Source: Amoebophrya sp. A120
Lineage: Eukaryota; Protista; Dinoflagellata
NCBI GenBank assembly: GCA_905178155.1
Contig: CAJINV010000004.1
Coordinates: forward strand, 1,364,881-1,428,880
Reading direction: 5' to 3'
DNA length: 64,000 nucleotides
Under the pieces are notes generated by a model, which was not told the origin of the DNA, did not search any database, and saw only the letters and a program-made list of their open reading frames with translations. The translations under genes were made by a program, and so were the position numbers. Of the stretch, positions 34,686-46,670 are shown in pieces. Each line of letters opens with the position of its first letter. The stretch's first letter is position 1.

Positions 34686-37600
34686 ATGATTGGGTCCCCG
34701 GGCAAGATTGCGAAGGCCCGGTACCAGGATGCCTTTGACTCGGACATTTTCGCGGCGCCCGCCCGGCAGCAGCAGAAAGCCTACCCCGCGGGCTACCGCC
34801 GCGACCAGAACACGGCCGAGCTTTTCGGCGAGGAGGTATTTGCCCGCGACCTGAAAAAGCAGCAGGGCACCTTCGAACCGCGGGCGGATCCGCTGTCCCC
34901 GAGGAGGAAAAAGTTGCACTTTCTGCAGGGGGGCTCCGTGCCCGAAACGAATCAGCAAGACTTCGAACGGCTGCAAGGGTATGGGCAGGGCCGGGCGCAG
35001 GTCGGGTTTACCGACGACACGGACCATATTGCTATCCCCGGGGAACAAGAGGGAGTTGTTCTTTTCAGTCGGAAGGTTTTGTTTTCATCGTGTCTGTCAT
35101 GATGATTTACGTGCTTTCCGATTTACGTTCTATCCACAGGAATGGTTTAAAATTGGTCACCGATGGCAGATATAAATAGTCTAGTTGAAGAACGCTTCAT
35201 GCATGACAAAAACCCGCCGACTCAGAATTTTTCTCTCGAACAAGAACCACGGCAGCCATCCTGTCGTAAGGAGACATCAGGTGGGAAAGGGAAAAAAGTG
35301 TTTTTCATGGCACTGATTCTGGTGGTTGCTAAATAAAATCACCTTCTCCTGCATACCAACAGTACGTCAAGGTCTAACTGCGAGTGATGCATGTACTTGC
35401 GCTCTCTGGTCGTGCACAGTTCATACCTGTTAATACCTTGCCACCGCGACGGCCGTGTGAGCTTAATAACTAGAGGACTACAGCACCGTGGCTACATACT
35501 AACGTAGCAGCAAGATCATGAAAAAGGAGGTTTTCCTTTCCATACTGAGAGCTGGAGAGCCACATATTTCCCAGCCACGCCAAAGTAAATGCGGAGGAAA
35601 CGCAGGTACGTGATGCTTGAAGAAAAAGGATGCGTAAAACACAGTTTGGTTGGCGGACTTCTTTGTGCGCGTCACAAACTTTATTATTGTGTCGTCCCCG
35701 TCGCGAGGTAGTTTGCGTGAAAAACAGAGATGTAGTCCTTTTCCTCGCTAGGCACCAATCATGTTGTGGTGCACCATTTCGACTACTATCTCACTGTCAC
35801 TAACATCAGGGCAAGTACCAGAACAACAAGATAACGCCGCACTGCTTCAACTGGTTTAACAGCGAGCCCGTTGCGAAGCCACCTCCAAGCGGGTATTATA
35901 GGAAAACTTTTTTTTGGGGATATTCATATTTTGTCATGCGCACTCACTAGCTTGAACAAAATTGTCATGTCAATCTCCAATGTCATAAATCGAAAATGTT
36001 GAATCGATTGTTGAAAAGTTCTATAGTTCGCCAAAAACAAACCACCGCAGCGCCACGAGTTCCGTGACACACCAGGATCGGGCCTACGCCGAGAAGGCGA
36101 GTCATCTGTTCGAGCATGAGACGCCATTGCCGCCCTCGCTGGAATATGCTGTGCAAAAGTATCGTACTCGTATAAATGCAGGTCTTGCATTTACAAATTT
36201 CTTTGTTAAGGCAAATCAGCATTACAAATTTTATTTCTCATGCTGAGAAAATTTGTAATGCATTTATACGAGTACGATACTTTTGCAGTTCATATGGAAT
36301 CACAGCGGGAAAACTACCTTTTGTGGAAATGAAACCTTTTATCCTGAGTAAAAGCGGACCCACACCATAGTTGTCATGCAAATCTGCATGCTTAAAATGT
36401 TTGTCATGCGGAGCCCCATGAGAAGCATTTTCTAAGGGTGTTTTGAAATTTGTCATGCTCCAATCAGCATGAGAGACTAGATCTGTAATGCTGCTGAACT
36501 AGCTCAAACAGCACTACACTACGCGTCCAAATTTGTCATGCGAAACAAGCAAAGTTGGCCGATTTGTCTAGCAGATTTTCCATCTTGACTCTGGTGTGGG
36601 TACGTTTTTACTCAGGATACCTTTGGGCGGGGACTCAGTGTAGCTGTGATGGACAGCAGATCGATCAGCATGTCGTGCATGTTCATGTTGTAGTTGACAA
36701 GAACGCAATAATACTTGTACAGGCCTCAAGAAAGTTGTGGTGCACATGATCAGAAGCTGCAGCGTTCTTCCGGCACGACAAAAGTACTTACTTGATCCGG
36801 TGACGCTACTAGCCACAGTAGAGTGCTAGAGGGAGCAGAACAAAGCTGCTCTGGTACACTCGCTACTGCAATCGGTTTCCACTTGCATACCCGGCGGCAA
36901 TGTCTCAAGAGTCCGAGGATTTGAGAAGAAGAAAAGCAAATCAGTACGATGTTGTCGTGTTTCTTGTACGGTTCTGGCTGTTGTGCATGACAAATTTATT
37001 TGCGACTGTTCGTGGTTGTCGTCGTGAAGGATAAAAATTTATGCGCAGGACAACTTCATCAGGTATTACTCGGATCTTTTCGGCAGAGAAACGCCGGCAA
37101 CAGGGAAAGACGCTCTGGCCGCGTATCATCCGAAGCCGCTCGCTATGAGAAGAAAAAGTTTATTTGTGTTGCAGAGCTTGCACTAGTACTGATTCATTAT
37201 CATTGCATAACAGGAGCGTGTTTTCATTTCGTTGTCGCTACTGGGCAAGCGTAGCGGTAAGAGAAAGAGTTTAGTGTTTTCTGCAACACAATAACTTTTT
37301 TTCTTCCAAACTTCCGAGCCCTGAAGCCAAAATCGCAGTGCACGGGGAGTGGACCTATGAAGGGGGAAAGATTATCACCGAAGAAACTTGTCATGCGATG
37401 AACTATCAGAGACAGAGATCCTGCTTTTGTGCAGCTACTGCAATGACTGTTCCATAGATCTCTGCATTGTCACATTCCTGTAAAGTAGACTTGCCAGCAG
37501 TATGCGCCCAGCTATGCAAGCTAGACGATGTCGTCCTCGTGATAATGAATTTTATTTCTCTCGATAGGTGCGATGCTCGAACAAACGCGCGGTCCGACGA

Positions 37601-38557
37601 GCGACCCATGACGGCAAAGGTATTTACGGTTTTGTGATGCTGAAAACGCATGGGCTTTTTAATTTGTCGTGTGGATTTATTCTCGACTTCAGTTTGCGCG
37701 TTTACAACTTCTCGGATACCCCAAGTGCTAGTGCTTTGTCGGTCAAAACCTAAAAGATAGCCTCACGGCACCACGACTTCGGTACTGTACACAAGATGCT
37801 GACAGTAACGGCAACAGTCGGTTTATTAGAAACCGTCTTCGTCGGTTGAAACTGAAACAGAGGCTTCCGTAGTTGCACCACTGCGTGCCAGAGGCTGCTG
37901 CTTCCAGATTGATTCCAAAAGGTTCGGTTGCGTCGGCCACGTAAGCGGCCTCTTCGGTGCGTCGTGATGTTGACTAAGTGTGAAGATTTCATATGTAATT
38001 TCGGTGGCGTCGTGGTACTTCTAAAGCCCCAAATGAAATAAAACATGCAGCCAAAGATAAAGCGTGTTGAATTTTATCCTCTGTCAGGAGCGGCAATTTC
38101 GGGAGCTGTACCGCACGGAGGTGCCAGAATCCGGGGTATCAAATGTAAAAGTGTCTGGGTCTGGAAACTTGTAATGCTGCGTTGGGGATAGTGTGTGAAT
38201 GCTCTGCAATGCACAGGCAAGCATGAGAAGTATCCGCGCTTCTTTGTGTTGCGTTTTTCGCATGACAAACTGCGTTTTTGCATGACAGGCAAAAGGGTCT
38301 CTTCTTGGACACGCATCACAAACTTTTTGGTGATGTCAGACGAGCATGACAAATCTCAAGATCTTCCAGACCCAGACATATTTGCATTTGATACGGCGCA
38401 AGAGACTACAACCCGGTGGATTCCGAGGTTGCACCTATTGCAACCGACACCTCGAGCAAAGTCAAAAGGTACTTGTATTGGTTTCATGGAAGACTTCTAC
38501 CACTTCACTCATAATTTCATCCAGGTACAGTATGTAGAGTCCACAACTGCTCCATAA
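34686..38557 (+). CDS. Hypothetical multi-exon protein; boundaries uncertain
   Basis: GC-rich exons (MIGSPGKIAKARYQDAFDSDIF...; AEKASHLFEHE; ERQFRELYRTEVPESG|ARDYNP); full exon chain not resolved. Confidence 0.45.
36145..36294. mobile_element. TIR introner (family G)
   Basis: TIR TGCAAAAGTATCGTACTCGTATAAATGCA, TSD TGGAA. Confidence 0.92.
36340..36619. mobile_element. TIR element (family A)
   Basis: Family A TIRs, TSD CCTTT; exonic context unclear. Confidence 0.9.
38137..38393. mobile_element. TIR introner (family B variant)
   Basis: Family B TIRs, TSD CGGGG/CGGCG. Confidence 0.88.
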
Positions 38558-38754
38558 GTACTGATGTTTTTTACGTAGTTCCCCCTCCCCACCCGATGTT
38601 GACGAAAAGTCGTGTACAATATCCCCCCATCAGAGCAGTTTTTTACGAATGTTCTTCCCGGAAAAATGATCATCTCTTGAGATAATATCAAGACAACTTC
38701 TTCATCTTCTTCCAACCGCCACGACTAAACAACGGGGAAGAATCAGAATAAGCT

Positions 38755-41700
38755 ATGGTCCCGGCGCCGGGTGTTTTACTGCACCACCATGCGTCCCGGA
38801 AGACGCTGCCGGACCGCGACTACCACCGCACAAGCCGGCTGTGCGGGACCTACGGCACGCAGCTCTGCGGCAATGTGCCCTCCAACATGGCCCAGTTTAG
38901 CGAGTACGAGCGGCCGAAACAGTTTCCCTTCGACGTCGACAGCAGAACAAGCGCGTTAGTAAAAGCGAGCAACAGCAAAGCGACCAGCCGAAGCAAGAAC
39001 ACGGACGTGGGTATGGATTGCAAATATGTCTGGGTCTGGAAGAGTTGGAACTTGTCATGCGAATTCTGGAATAGGCAAAAATTTGTATTGCATAAGCACC
39101 AAAAGCTTCCCATTTCTTGCTACGCAAATAGGGAATTTCTCATGCGGGATAGACATCAGGAGGCCTGCGCAGATCCTGTACTTAATGCTTTTGCGTGCAT
39201 TAGAGACCAGTTGCGTGATCCAGAAGATGCATGACAAACTCCTGCAATCTTCCAGACCCAGACACTTTTGCATTTGATAGTGGGTTCCACAGCGGCAGGT
39301 CGCGCAGGCGATTTCGATAATTATTGTATTACCGATGTTGAAAACTTTAACCAAAACGACGAGAAACTGCCGGCTGGTTGTACGTCCCAGCACCCGTACC
39401 CCTTCCACACCAACCCGCTGACCGGAACCTCCGCCCAGCGATTGCCCATTTGGTACGGCCGGGCGACTACGCATTGCCAAAATGTCTGGGTCTGGATGGT
39501 TGGAACTTGTAGTGCTAGCTTTCCATACCTAGAAAATCTGTATTGCATAACCAACAAAAGTCGCAACCTCTTTTGTACATGCAAAGACGCAGTTTCTCAT
39601 GCGGATTGCCTGTGAGAAAGCGTTCTGGAAAGTTGTCATGCTGGGTTGCATTCGGAACTGATCGTCCACATTTTAGCATCACAAGTTTCCAGACCCAGAC
39701 ATATTTGCATTTGATAGCGACACAGCTCGCGCGGGACTGCGAATCGCCGCCGCCGGACGAGCAGCGGGCGCGGTATCATTTGTAAAAACGTTCCCACCTC
39801 CCCAGAGTTGTCATGCAGATTTGCAATGACAGGAACATTTGTAATGGGCATCCCCATTAAAGGAATTTGTAGTCGTGTTTTGGCATTTGTAATGCTGTAA
39901 CCAGGATAAGCAGATGGATTTCTGATGCGTTTGCCATTGCTGACCTGCACTACACTATGGACTGGAACTTATGATGCATGAGTCCCAAAACTTCCAGGTT
40001 TGTGTTGCAAAATCCCCATCTTGACTCTGGTGTGGGGACGTTTTTACACAGGATACGCGGGGCATGTTGTTCGGCGGGCTGCAGGTCAGAAGTGGTCTCG
40101 CTATGCAAGAAAACAACCGGGCTCGACGTCCTGAAGAAAGCGAGACTGAGAACACCGCGCGGCACGGCAGCGGGGGGAGCCCGCCGCGGTTGGGCGTGCC
40201 GTGGAGCAGAAGGGAGGTGGAAGAGTGGAACCAGAAGAGCGTGGCGGCGAAAAAACAAATCCTGCACAACGCACATATGGAGTTCTCAAATGTTACATTC
40301 TGAACTGTTACATGAATTTGTAATGCAAGAACGGCCAAAGTGAAAGGGGGAAGATTGCTCCTATTGCATTACAAATTCCGCACAGATTTACATGTTGTTT
40401 GGCCCTCCAGGGATTTTCCATGCGAGGTAGCTTTACCGTCTGGTGGCTCATGGTGGTTTTGCATGACAAATCATGTAACAGTTGAGAATGTAACATTTGA
40501 GAATCCCATAGCACACGCGGACCTGCTCTCCCCCTACGAAATCAGGACCAACTCGGGAAGTCGAGCGGCTAGTTATCAAAGAGAAAAATCCCCCCTCCCC
40601 ATATCGAACAGGCACGTTTCCGAAAATTTGCGTTGCTGATTTGAGGTCACAAATCGCACCTGTCTTGCAAGAAGACAAGGGCAGAAGCTTCCGCCCCATT
40701 ATGGAAGCGATTTGTCATGCTGTTGGGCCTAAAGGGAAGCCGTTTGCCATGCTGAACAACTAGACCCATACGCCCCTACCTAGCCTGGGGATCTGGCCGC
40801 AGTGCCTCTCTGCAATACAAACCTGATTTGTGTACACAAATCCAGCGTCGCAAATTCCGTTTTGATATGGGGAGGGGGGATTTTTCCTCTCAATACTAGT
40901 CCCAGAGGGCAACTTGTTCCACAGGGCGGTAGTAGTTGTACTAAGAATTATGGTGAGACGACCACGACGGGTGCGACTTTATCTTCTCTCAATGCCGTTT
41001 CATCTAGTATAACTGGTGGTAGCAATGGCCAGGTCGAAGATGCAGAAACAAGCAGCAAAATGAATTCAGGAGAAGCTGCGGCAAAAAAGGATGATGGGAA
41101 CTACACGAAGATGAACACGATTAAGAGCACCCATGATTCTGCTGCGGCCGGCAGAAATAATTTTCATCATATCACACAGAAAAAAGCTGGCAGGGCATTA
41201 CTATCTATTATATTCATGCGAAAAAAGAGGTCTACAGAGGGTTGAAGGGAGGTGGCCGAGAGGTCAAAAAGAGGTCAACAGAGGTCAAAAAGAGGTCGAC
41301 AGAGGTGGAGAGGTGGCGCGGGAGGTCGTTCGGGAGGGTGGCCGAGAGGTGGCGCGGGTATAGCCAGCCGAACCGTTCACCCTAAAGCCGCGCCTATGGG
41401 GCCCGGAGGTGGCCGAGAGAGTCCCGAGAGGGTAGGCGAGAGGGGGACAGAGGTGCCGAGAGGTTGCGCGAATAAGGGCGAACCTCTCGCGCACCCTCCT
41501 GGCCACCTCTCGGCCACCTCTGTAGACCTCTACTGGCGAGTATAGCTGGACTATTAGCAGCACCTCTCGGGAGAGGTGAAAAAGAGGGTCTGCGAGAGGG
41601 TCAAAAAAACCCGAATCCCCCCGGCACGCGACCGGTGTTGTTTGGGCCTTTTCATCGCGCAGGCCCACACCCTTTCGCGCTACCTTCTCGCGCTACCCTC

Positions 41701-42403
41701 TCGCGCCACCCTCTCGCGCGACCCTCTCGCGCTACCCTCTCGCGCCAACGATTTCCGCCGGGAAGCAAATAGGGCGGGGGCGTGTGGGTGATCAAAAAAG
41801 GGCAGCGCGGCCCCCGTATTGCTTCCTTCGGCGCCTATGAATGTCGAGTCAGCTTCTCTTCGCCCCCAAGCTTCGCTGCAGCTGCTCTCTGCGCATAGCC
41901 CCTGCAGGCGCGGGAAGCGCGCAGGAGGCCCTGCGGGTTGACATGGCGAAAACCGAGCCAGTAGCTCCCTCGGTCTGTAGTTGCGCTGTGTCCAAAGCTC
42001 CGGCGCTGCGGTCCAGCCCGCGCATTGTCCTGCCCCGCCACAACAGCCTTGCGCTCCGGCGTTAGCCGGAGCATGGCTGGTATTTGTAATGCAAAAATAA
42101 ATACGCAAAAAAATCTGTATTGCATACCCGAAACAGCATGCTATGGGGCCACCCATGGGAGATCTTTCTGTGTATTTATTTTTGCATTACAAATGTGACC
42201 TGCCAGCTTTTTTCTGTGGGATACATCAATCCAGCTACGCACTGAATTTCACCCGGTACCACGACCAGGAGCTGACAGCCAACCGCGATTTGCCGAAGAA
42301 TCCAGACTATCAACTGCAAATGAGCCTGCGTCCGGAAACTGACTCACAACACTTCTTTCCATGCACGTTTTGGATGAAGACCCGTGATGTCGGCAGTGCA
42401 TAG
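38755..42403 (+). CDS. Hypothetical protein split by six TIR introners
   Basis: Continuous frame after six removals: DVG|STA, RAT|QLA, RAR|GML, NAH|ADL, AAS|PRG, FHQ|SSY...GSA*. Confidence 0.8.
39012..39279. mobile_element. TIR introner (family B)
   Basis: TSD GTGGG; frame restored. Confidence 0.92.
39468..39716. mobile_element. TIR introner (family B variant)
   Basis: TAC...ATA ends, TSD GCGAC; frame restored. Confidence 0.9.
39774..40055. mobile_element. TIR introner (family A)
   Basis: TSD CGCGG; interior matches 33134-33412; frame restored. Confidence 0.92.
40276..40510. mobile_element. TIR introner (family E)
   Basis: TIR TTCTCAAATGTTACATTCT..ACTGTTACATGA, TSD GCACA; frame restored. 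Confidence 0.92.
40574..40895. mobile_element. TIR introner (family C)
   Basis: TSD CTAGT; frame restored. Confidence 0.92.
41170..42223. mobile_element. TIR introner (family J) enlarged by a nested insertion
   Basis: TATCACACAGAAAAAAGCTGGCAGG...CCTGCCAGCTTTTTTCTGTGGGATA, TSD CATCA; frame restored. Confidence 0.88.
41198..42080 (+). mobile_element. Non-autonomous Helitron-like element
   Basis: Inserted between A and T with no TSD; TCTATTATA near the 5' end; 3' hairpin GCTCCGGC-GTTA-GCCGGAGC then CTGG (CTRR); internal minisatellites. Confidence 0.72.
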
Positions 42404-44644
42404 CTAAAACATGATCAGAGATTTATTTTGTGAGGGCTAGCTGATGCCGATACTGCATGGGAAATGCCCCCTCTGCGTGACAAAAACGCGACTTCTGTTG
42501 CTGCTCACTCAATACAGATTTTTGGAGAATTAAACAAGGGCAGCATCATGATCCAAAGGCAGCATCATGATCATGGAGAATTATCCAAAGTAACGATGTA
42601 GATGCAGGAGACGTATTTGCAGTGCATACCCACTTCTCGATCCTCCGGTCACCGCGGTTCGTCGAAAAGGGCCAGTTCACGGGGCCGTATCTACTGTTGA
42701 TTTGTTTTTTCAACACTACAGCAATTATGAACGATGTTGCTGGAGGTACACCAGAAATCGAAAACTAGCCCGGCGAAACAATCAACAAAGCAGCGACCTC
42801 CTCTACGAGCCTGTGCTGGTCACTTCTTCCTTTCTCCAACAGCTACAAGAATCAATCTGCAACCATGGGGGGTCGTTCGAGGAACAAAGATTAATGGAAA
42901 AACGCCTTCTCTCTTCTATGCTTTTCAGTGCTGACAGAGGTTCTTCCACAAGTCTAAGTATCTTCACCCCCGCACTTGCCGGGCGATGCCAGCAATAATT
43001 CCACACACAAAATAATGGAACTTCTTTGCGTTTTGCAATAAAGTAAACTTTAGCTTATTGAACAGAAAACAAATTCAAATACAGAGGCGACGTTACGGAG
43101 CCGGGTTCTCTGATGCACCAGAAACACATGAAGAGCTCCCTCGTGCGCGACACATTCTACGAGCGTGCCGCGTCCGCCCGGGCCTGGGAAGTTGCAGAGC
43201 TGTTTATGACATTGAAAAATATTTTCATGTTCTTCCTCGTTCTTCTCGTTGAATCGCGACATCATGTTTTTGTCATGCAATAAATGCACAAGTACACACC
43301 AAGATTTTTCACAACACGAGGACGAGGAAGGAGATTTCAGCTTCATAGTTGCGGTTAGCGGACTGGATCCGTACGAGGACGAGCAGACCGTGAAAACGTA
43401 CTAAAAGAAATTTGTAAAAATCATGCTTTGTGTACTGATGTACGTACTTATGCTCTTTTGTGCATGAGAGATGAGCACTGTCATGCGAAGGATGATTTGT
43501 AAAAGTACGTGTGAAGATGAAGATCTCACGCCCGCGCTTGAAATTGATTTCAGATTCAGGCGCCTCAGTGCTTGACAAGAAAAATTGAAATCCATTTATT
43601 GACAGGAAATGCCGGGGATTCGGGTGCCACATCGTGAAAGTGATGCTGGATTTGGATCCTGTGTTTAGGAAAGAGAAAATCAGTTCATCTGGTGTGCTTA
43701 CTTACAACGTGCCTGCAGCTGTGGTCTCCTGGTCATGACAAAAAAAATTGTGGAAAGGCGATTGCGCTTTTTTTACGCGACGACAGAAAAGAACAAGAAG
43801 TGTTTAAGTAGTACAACATCGTAAGTACGCCTTCGACACCAGCTGATTTTATTTCCCTTCATACCAGCGAACAGGTGTAAAGGGCGGGCGAAGCTGATTC
43901 TGCGCTACAACCCGGACGAGAACGATTTAAACGGATTGATCGACAAAATCCAGGCGCACATTGGCTGGCACGTGCTCTTCCTCGGGGACGAAGCTTGAGT
44001 TTTTTTTTCCTGCTGAAACAACCCGATTTTTTCGGTATTATATCGGCTGTTTTTTTGGTGCTCAGCAACTTTCCCTTTCGACGACAGAAAAGGTGACAAT
44101 TCTGTGGTTCACGAAGGAACTGCATGCTGTATGCAGTGCAACAAAATCCAAACCGGTGCACAATGTTAATTATAGCCTAGTTTTAGAATGGTAGATGCAA
44201 ATCTTGGTAGCTAAAAGCCCGCGGTTTTTTTTGCAAAAGGCAAAAGAATCTTCAAACGGCGGTAGCCAGATCGGCCGAAAATTCCTAGCCAACCTGTGAG
44301 TAGCCAAAATGTGAACGGTAACATCATCGGAAGAACACAAAGATGGAGTCGAATCCTCTACACTTCAACTTCTTTTGTCGTTTGGTAAGTAAATCTACAC
44401 CGTGAAAACTTCTCTCTACGAGAAGGCACAGAAAGACGAAACGCGATGAGCGAGTGCAGTCCTTGTCTGCTGTTGTTTTCCTGGCGAAAAAACATTATTT
44501 GGCAGAACAAGGACGCTGGACTCGTCTTGAGTATTTCTATACTGGTAAAAAGTACATTCTTGAATATGGACAAGACGCATAATTTTTTCGCTCAATTTGC
44601 AACTGCAGCCGCGTTTTTACTGCGTTTCTTGCGCGGCCTCCTCG

Positions 44645-46670
44645 TGTCACCCACTTCTGAATGTGCGGTCGGAACATTTCTCAGGGCGGCTGCGCACTCT
44701 GGCGGTATCTCTATCCCTGTCCTTACGGAGTCGTATATTACAATGCAAGCCATTCGTTTCTTCCTTCTCGAGCAGCAACATTCTGGCAAGAAGGATTGCG
44801 TCAAAAGTTCCATGTCGTCCTGTGGCGTAACAGGCAGTACGCAGAACTACTGCAAGTCGGAACCGTGCTGAAGTGCTGCCCTCGTGGAACCTGTTTGCTT
44901 GTAATGTATGTTGGTGTTTCCGAGCTGCAATGGTTGAGGTCGGTTGCGTACTACTTGCGTTTGTACAAAATGAAGTTATAGACACTGAACTACTGAAGAG
45001 ACGTTGTAGTGCTTCTGTCTGAATCCGTTCGTCCATCGTCCTCACTCAACTTCGGCTCTGGGTGCGAAAAATCTCGGTAACAAGCAACCAAATTGATTTT
45101 TCTGTCGTGCGTTGCAAGTGCAAGAAGTTCGGTTCTTCGTGCGAGAAAAATGACGTTTTTTGTTTGCGTGCGTGCTGAATAGAATTACGGGTACGGTGGC
45201 GTTATGCTGTTGATACTACAGCAGGTCTGAAAGCTTTGCTCAGATTGACTAATCGATCGACTAGAAAACAACAGGCAACCTTCAACCTCAACACATGACA
45301 AACAAAATTCATCCTTTTCTTCTTTTTTGCCTCGTCCCCGGACAGAAGTTTTTTTCCTTATCGCCCATCCCATTCCCAACTTGTAGTTGAAGTCTTATAT
45401 TAGTTTTGTTCCTTCCGGAATTCCCCTTTCTGTATCTGAAAACGCAAAGCATCGAGGTCGTGCGAGATGGGGGCAGTGTTGGGCAAGTGGGAAGACGAAG
45501 AGCCCGTCTTCGATGTGCTGATGCCTCTCGCTGTGCCAGTGCCTCCGGACGATGATCATGAAATGTATGAGTCACGATGGTACTCTCCTGCATTACCACT
45601 GGGGGATTTGCCGAGATTGCTCTTCAATTCGGTGATAACCGTTTCTGTGCGAAGGACACTGAAATAGCATGATCTGGAGTTGCGCAATTCCTCAGAATTA
45701 TGTTTCTGACCATCCAACAGGTGACTTTCAACTTTAACAACCGAAGCAGTGGGTATGTGATGCTTGTGAGCAACTGCAGCAGACGAGACGCAGGTGCGGA
45801 TGGTTCCCTGCGCGAATCCCTTATGTCACCCACTTTTGAACGTGCGGAACAATTCTGAGAGCGGCGTCACGCTCTATCGGTTTCTCTTTATGAGTCTGTT
45901 TACACAGTAGACTCGTACTTATTTTACGCAAGCTATTCGGTTCTTTCTCGTCGAGCAACAGCATTCGGGCAAGAAGCATTTCGCAAAAGTTGCATGCAGT
46001 TCTGTGGCGCAATAGGCAGTACGAAGAACTACTCTAAAAATCGGAATCGTGCTAGAGCGCCGCCCTCGATGCATCGTAGTAGAGCCACCTGTTTGCTCGT
46101 TGCCGTTTCCGAGGTGCAATGGTTGAGGTCGGTTACGTTCTACTTGCGTGCATCGTACAAAATGTAATACAAGCACTGAACTTCTTGCTCTTCGTACTCA
46201 TGTGATACTGAAGAGGCGTTATCGTCGTGCTTCTGGCTGAAAAATACGTTCGTCCATCGTGCCAACTCAACTCCGGCTGTGGCTGCGAAAAATCTTAGAA
46301 GGAACAAAGCCGTGGCAAATTGCAAGAAGGTCGGTTCTACTTCTTCGTGCGAAAGAAATAAACGTTTCTTGTTTGCGGACATTCTTAGACAATGGAATAC
46401 GGAGGCGATATGTGGTCACCACAGCAGGTCTGAAACTGAAAGCTACGCTTAGAATAACCAAGAGCAACAGGCAACAACCGACCCCTGCCAGACGAGATCA
46501 ACCCATTTTTTTGACCCGACGTCCCCGCACTGGAGTTTTTCTCATTTTCTTCCCGTTACATTGAGTAAACTAAACCTACCTCATTCGAGCCGAAAATTCA
46601 TTTGTTCTCTGTGGAATTAATCCGTTTCTGGAAACGCAAAGCAACGTCGAGGTCGTACGACATGGGGGGT
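44645..46670 (+). repeat. Diverged local duplication (~44645-45475 vs ~45824-46670)
   Basis: Collinear shared blocks TGTCACCCACTT.TGAA, GGCAGTACG.AGAACTACT, GCAATGGTTGAGGTCGGTT, CAGCAGGTCTGAAA, AAACGCAAAGCA..TCGAGGTCGT..ATGGGGG. Confidence 0.8.

Noticed and set aside
36100-36645. Stop-codon reassignment suggested by a TGA before DAIAALAGITAGK
   Set aside because: Single ambiguous case; CDK, eIF3d and CAX end normally at TGA, TAA and TAG with no internal stops in the exons checked
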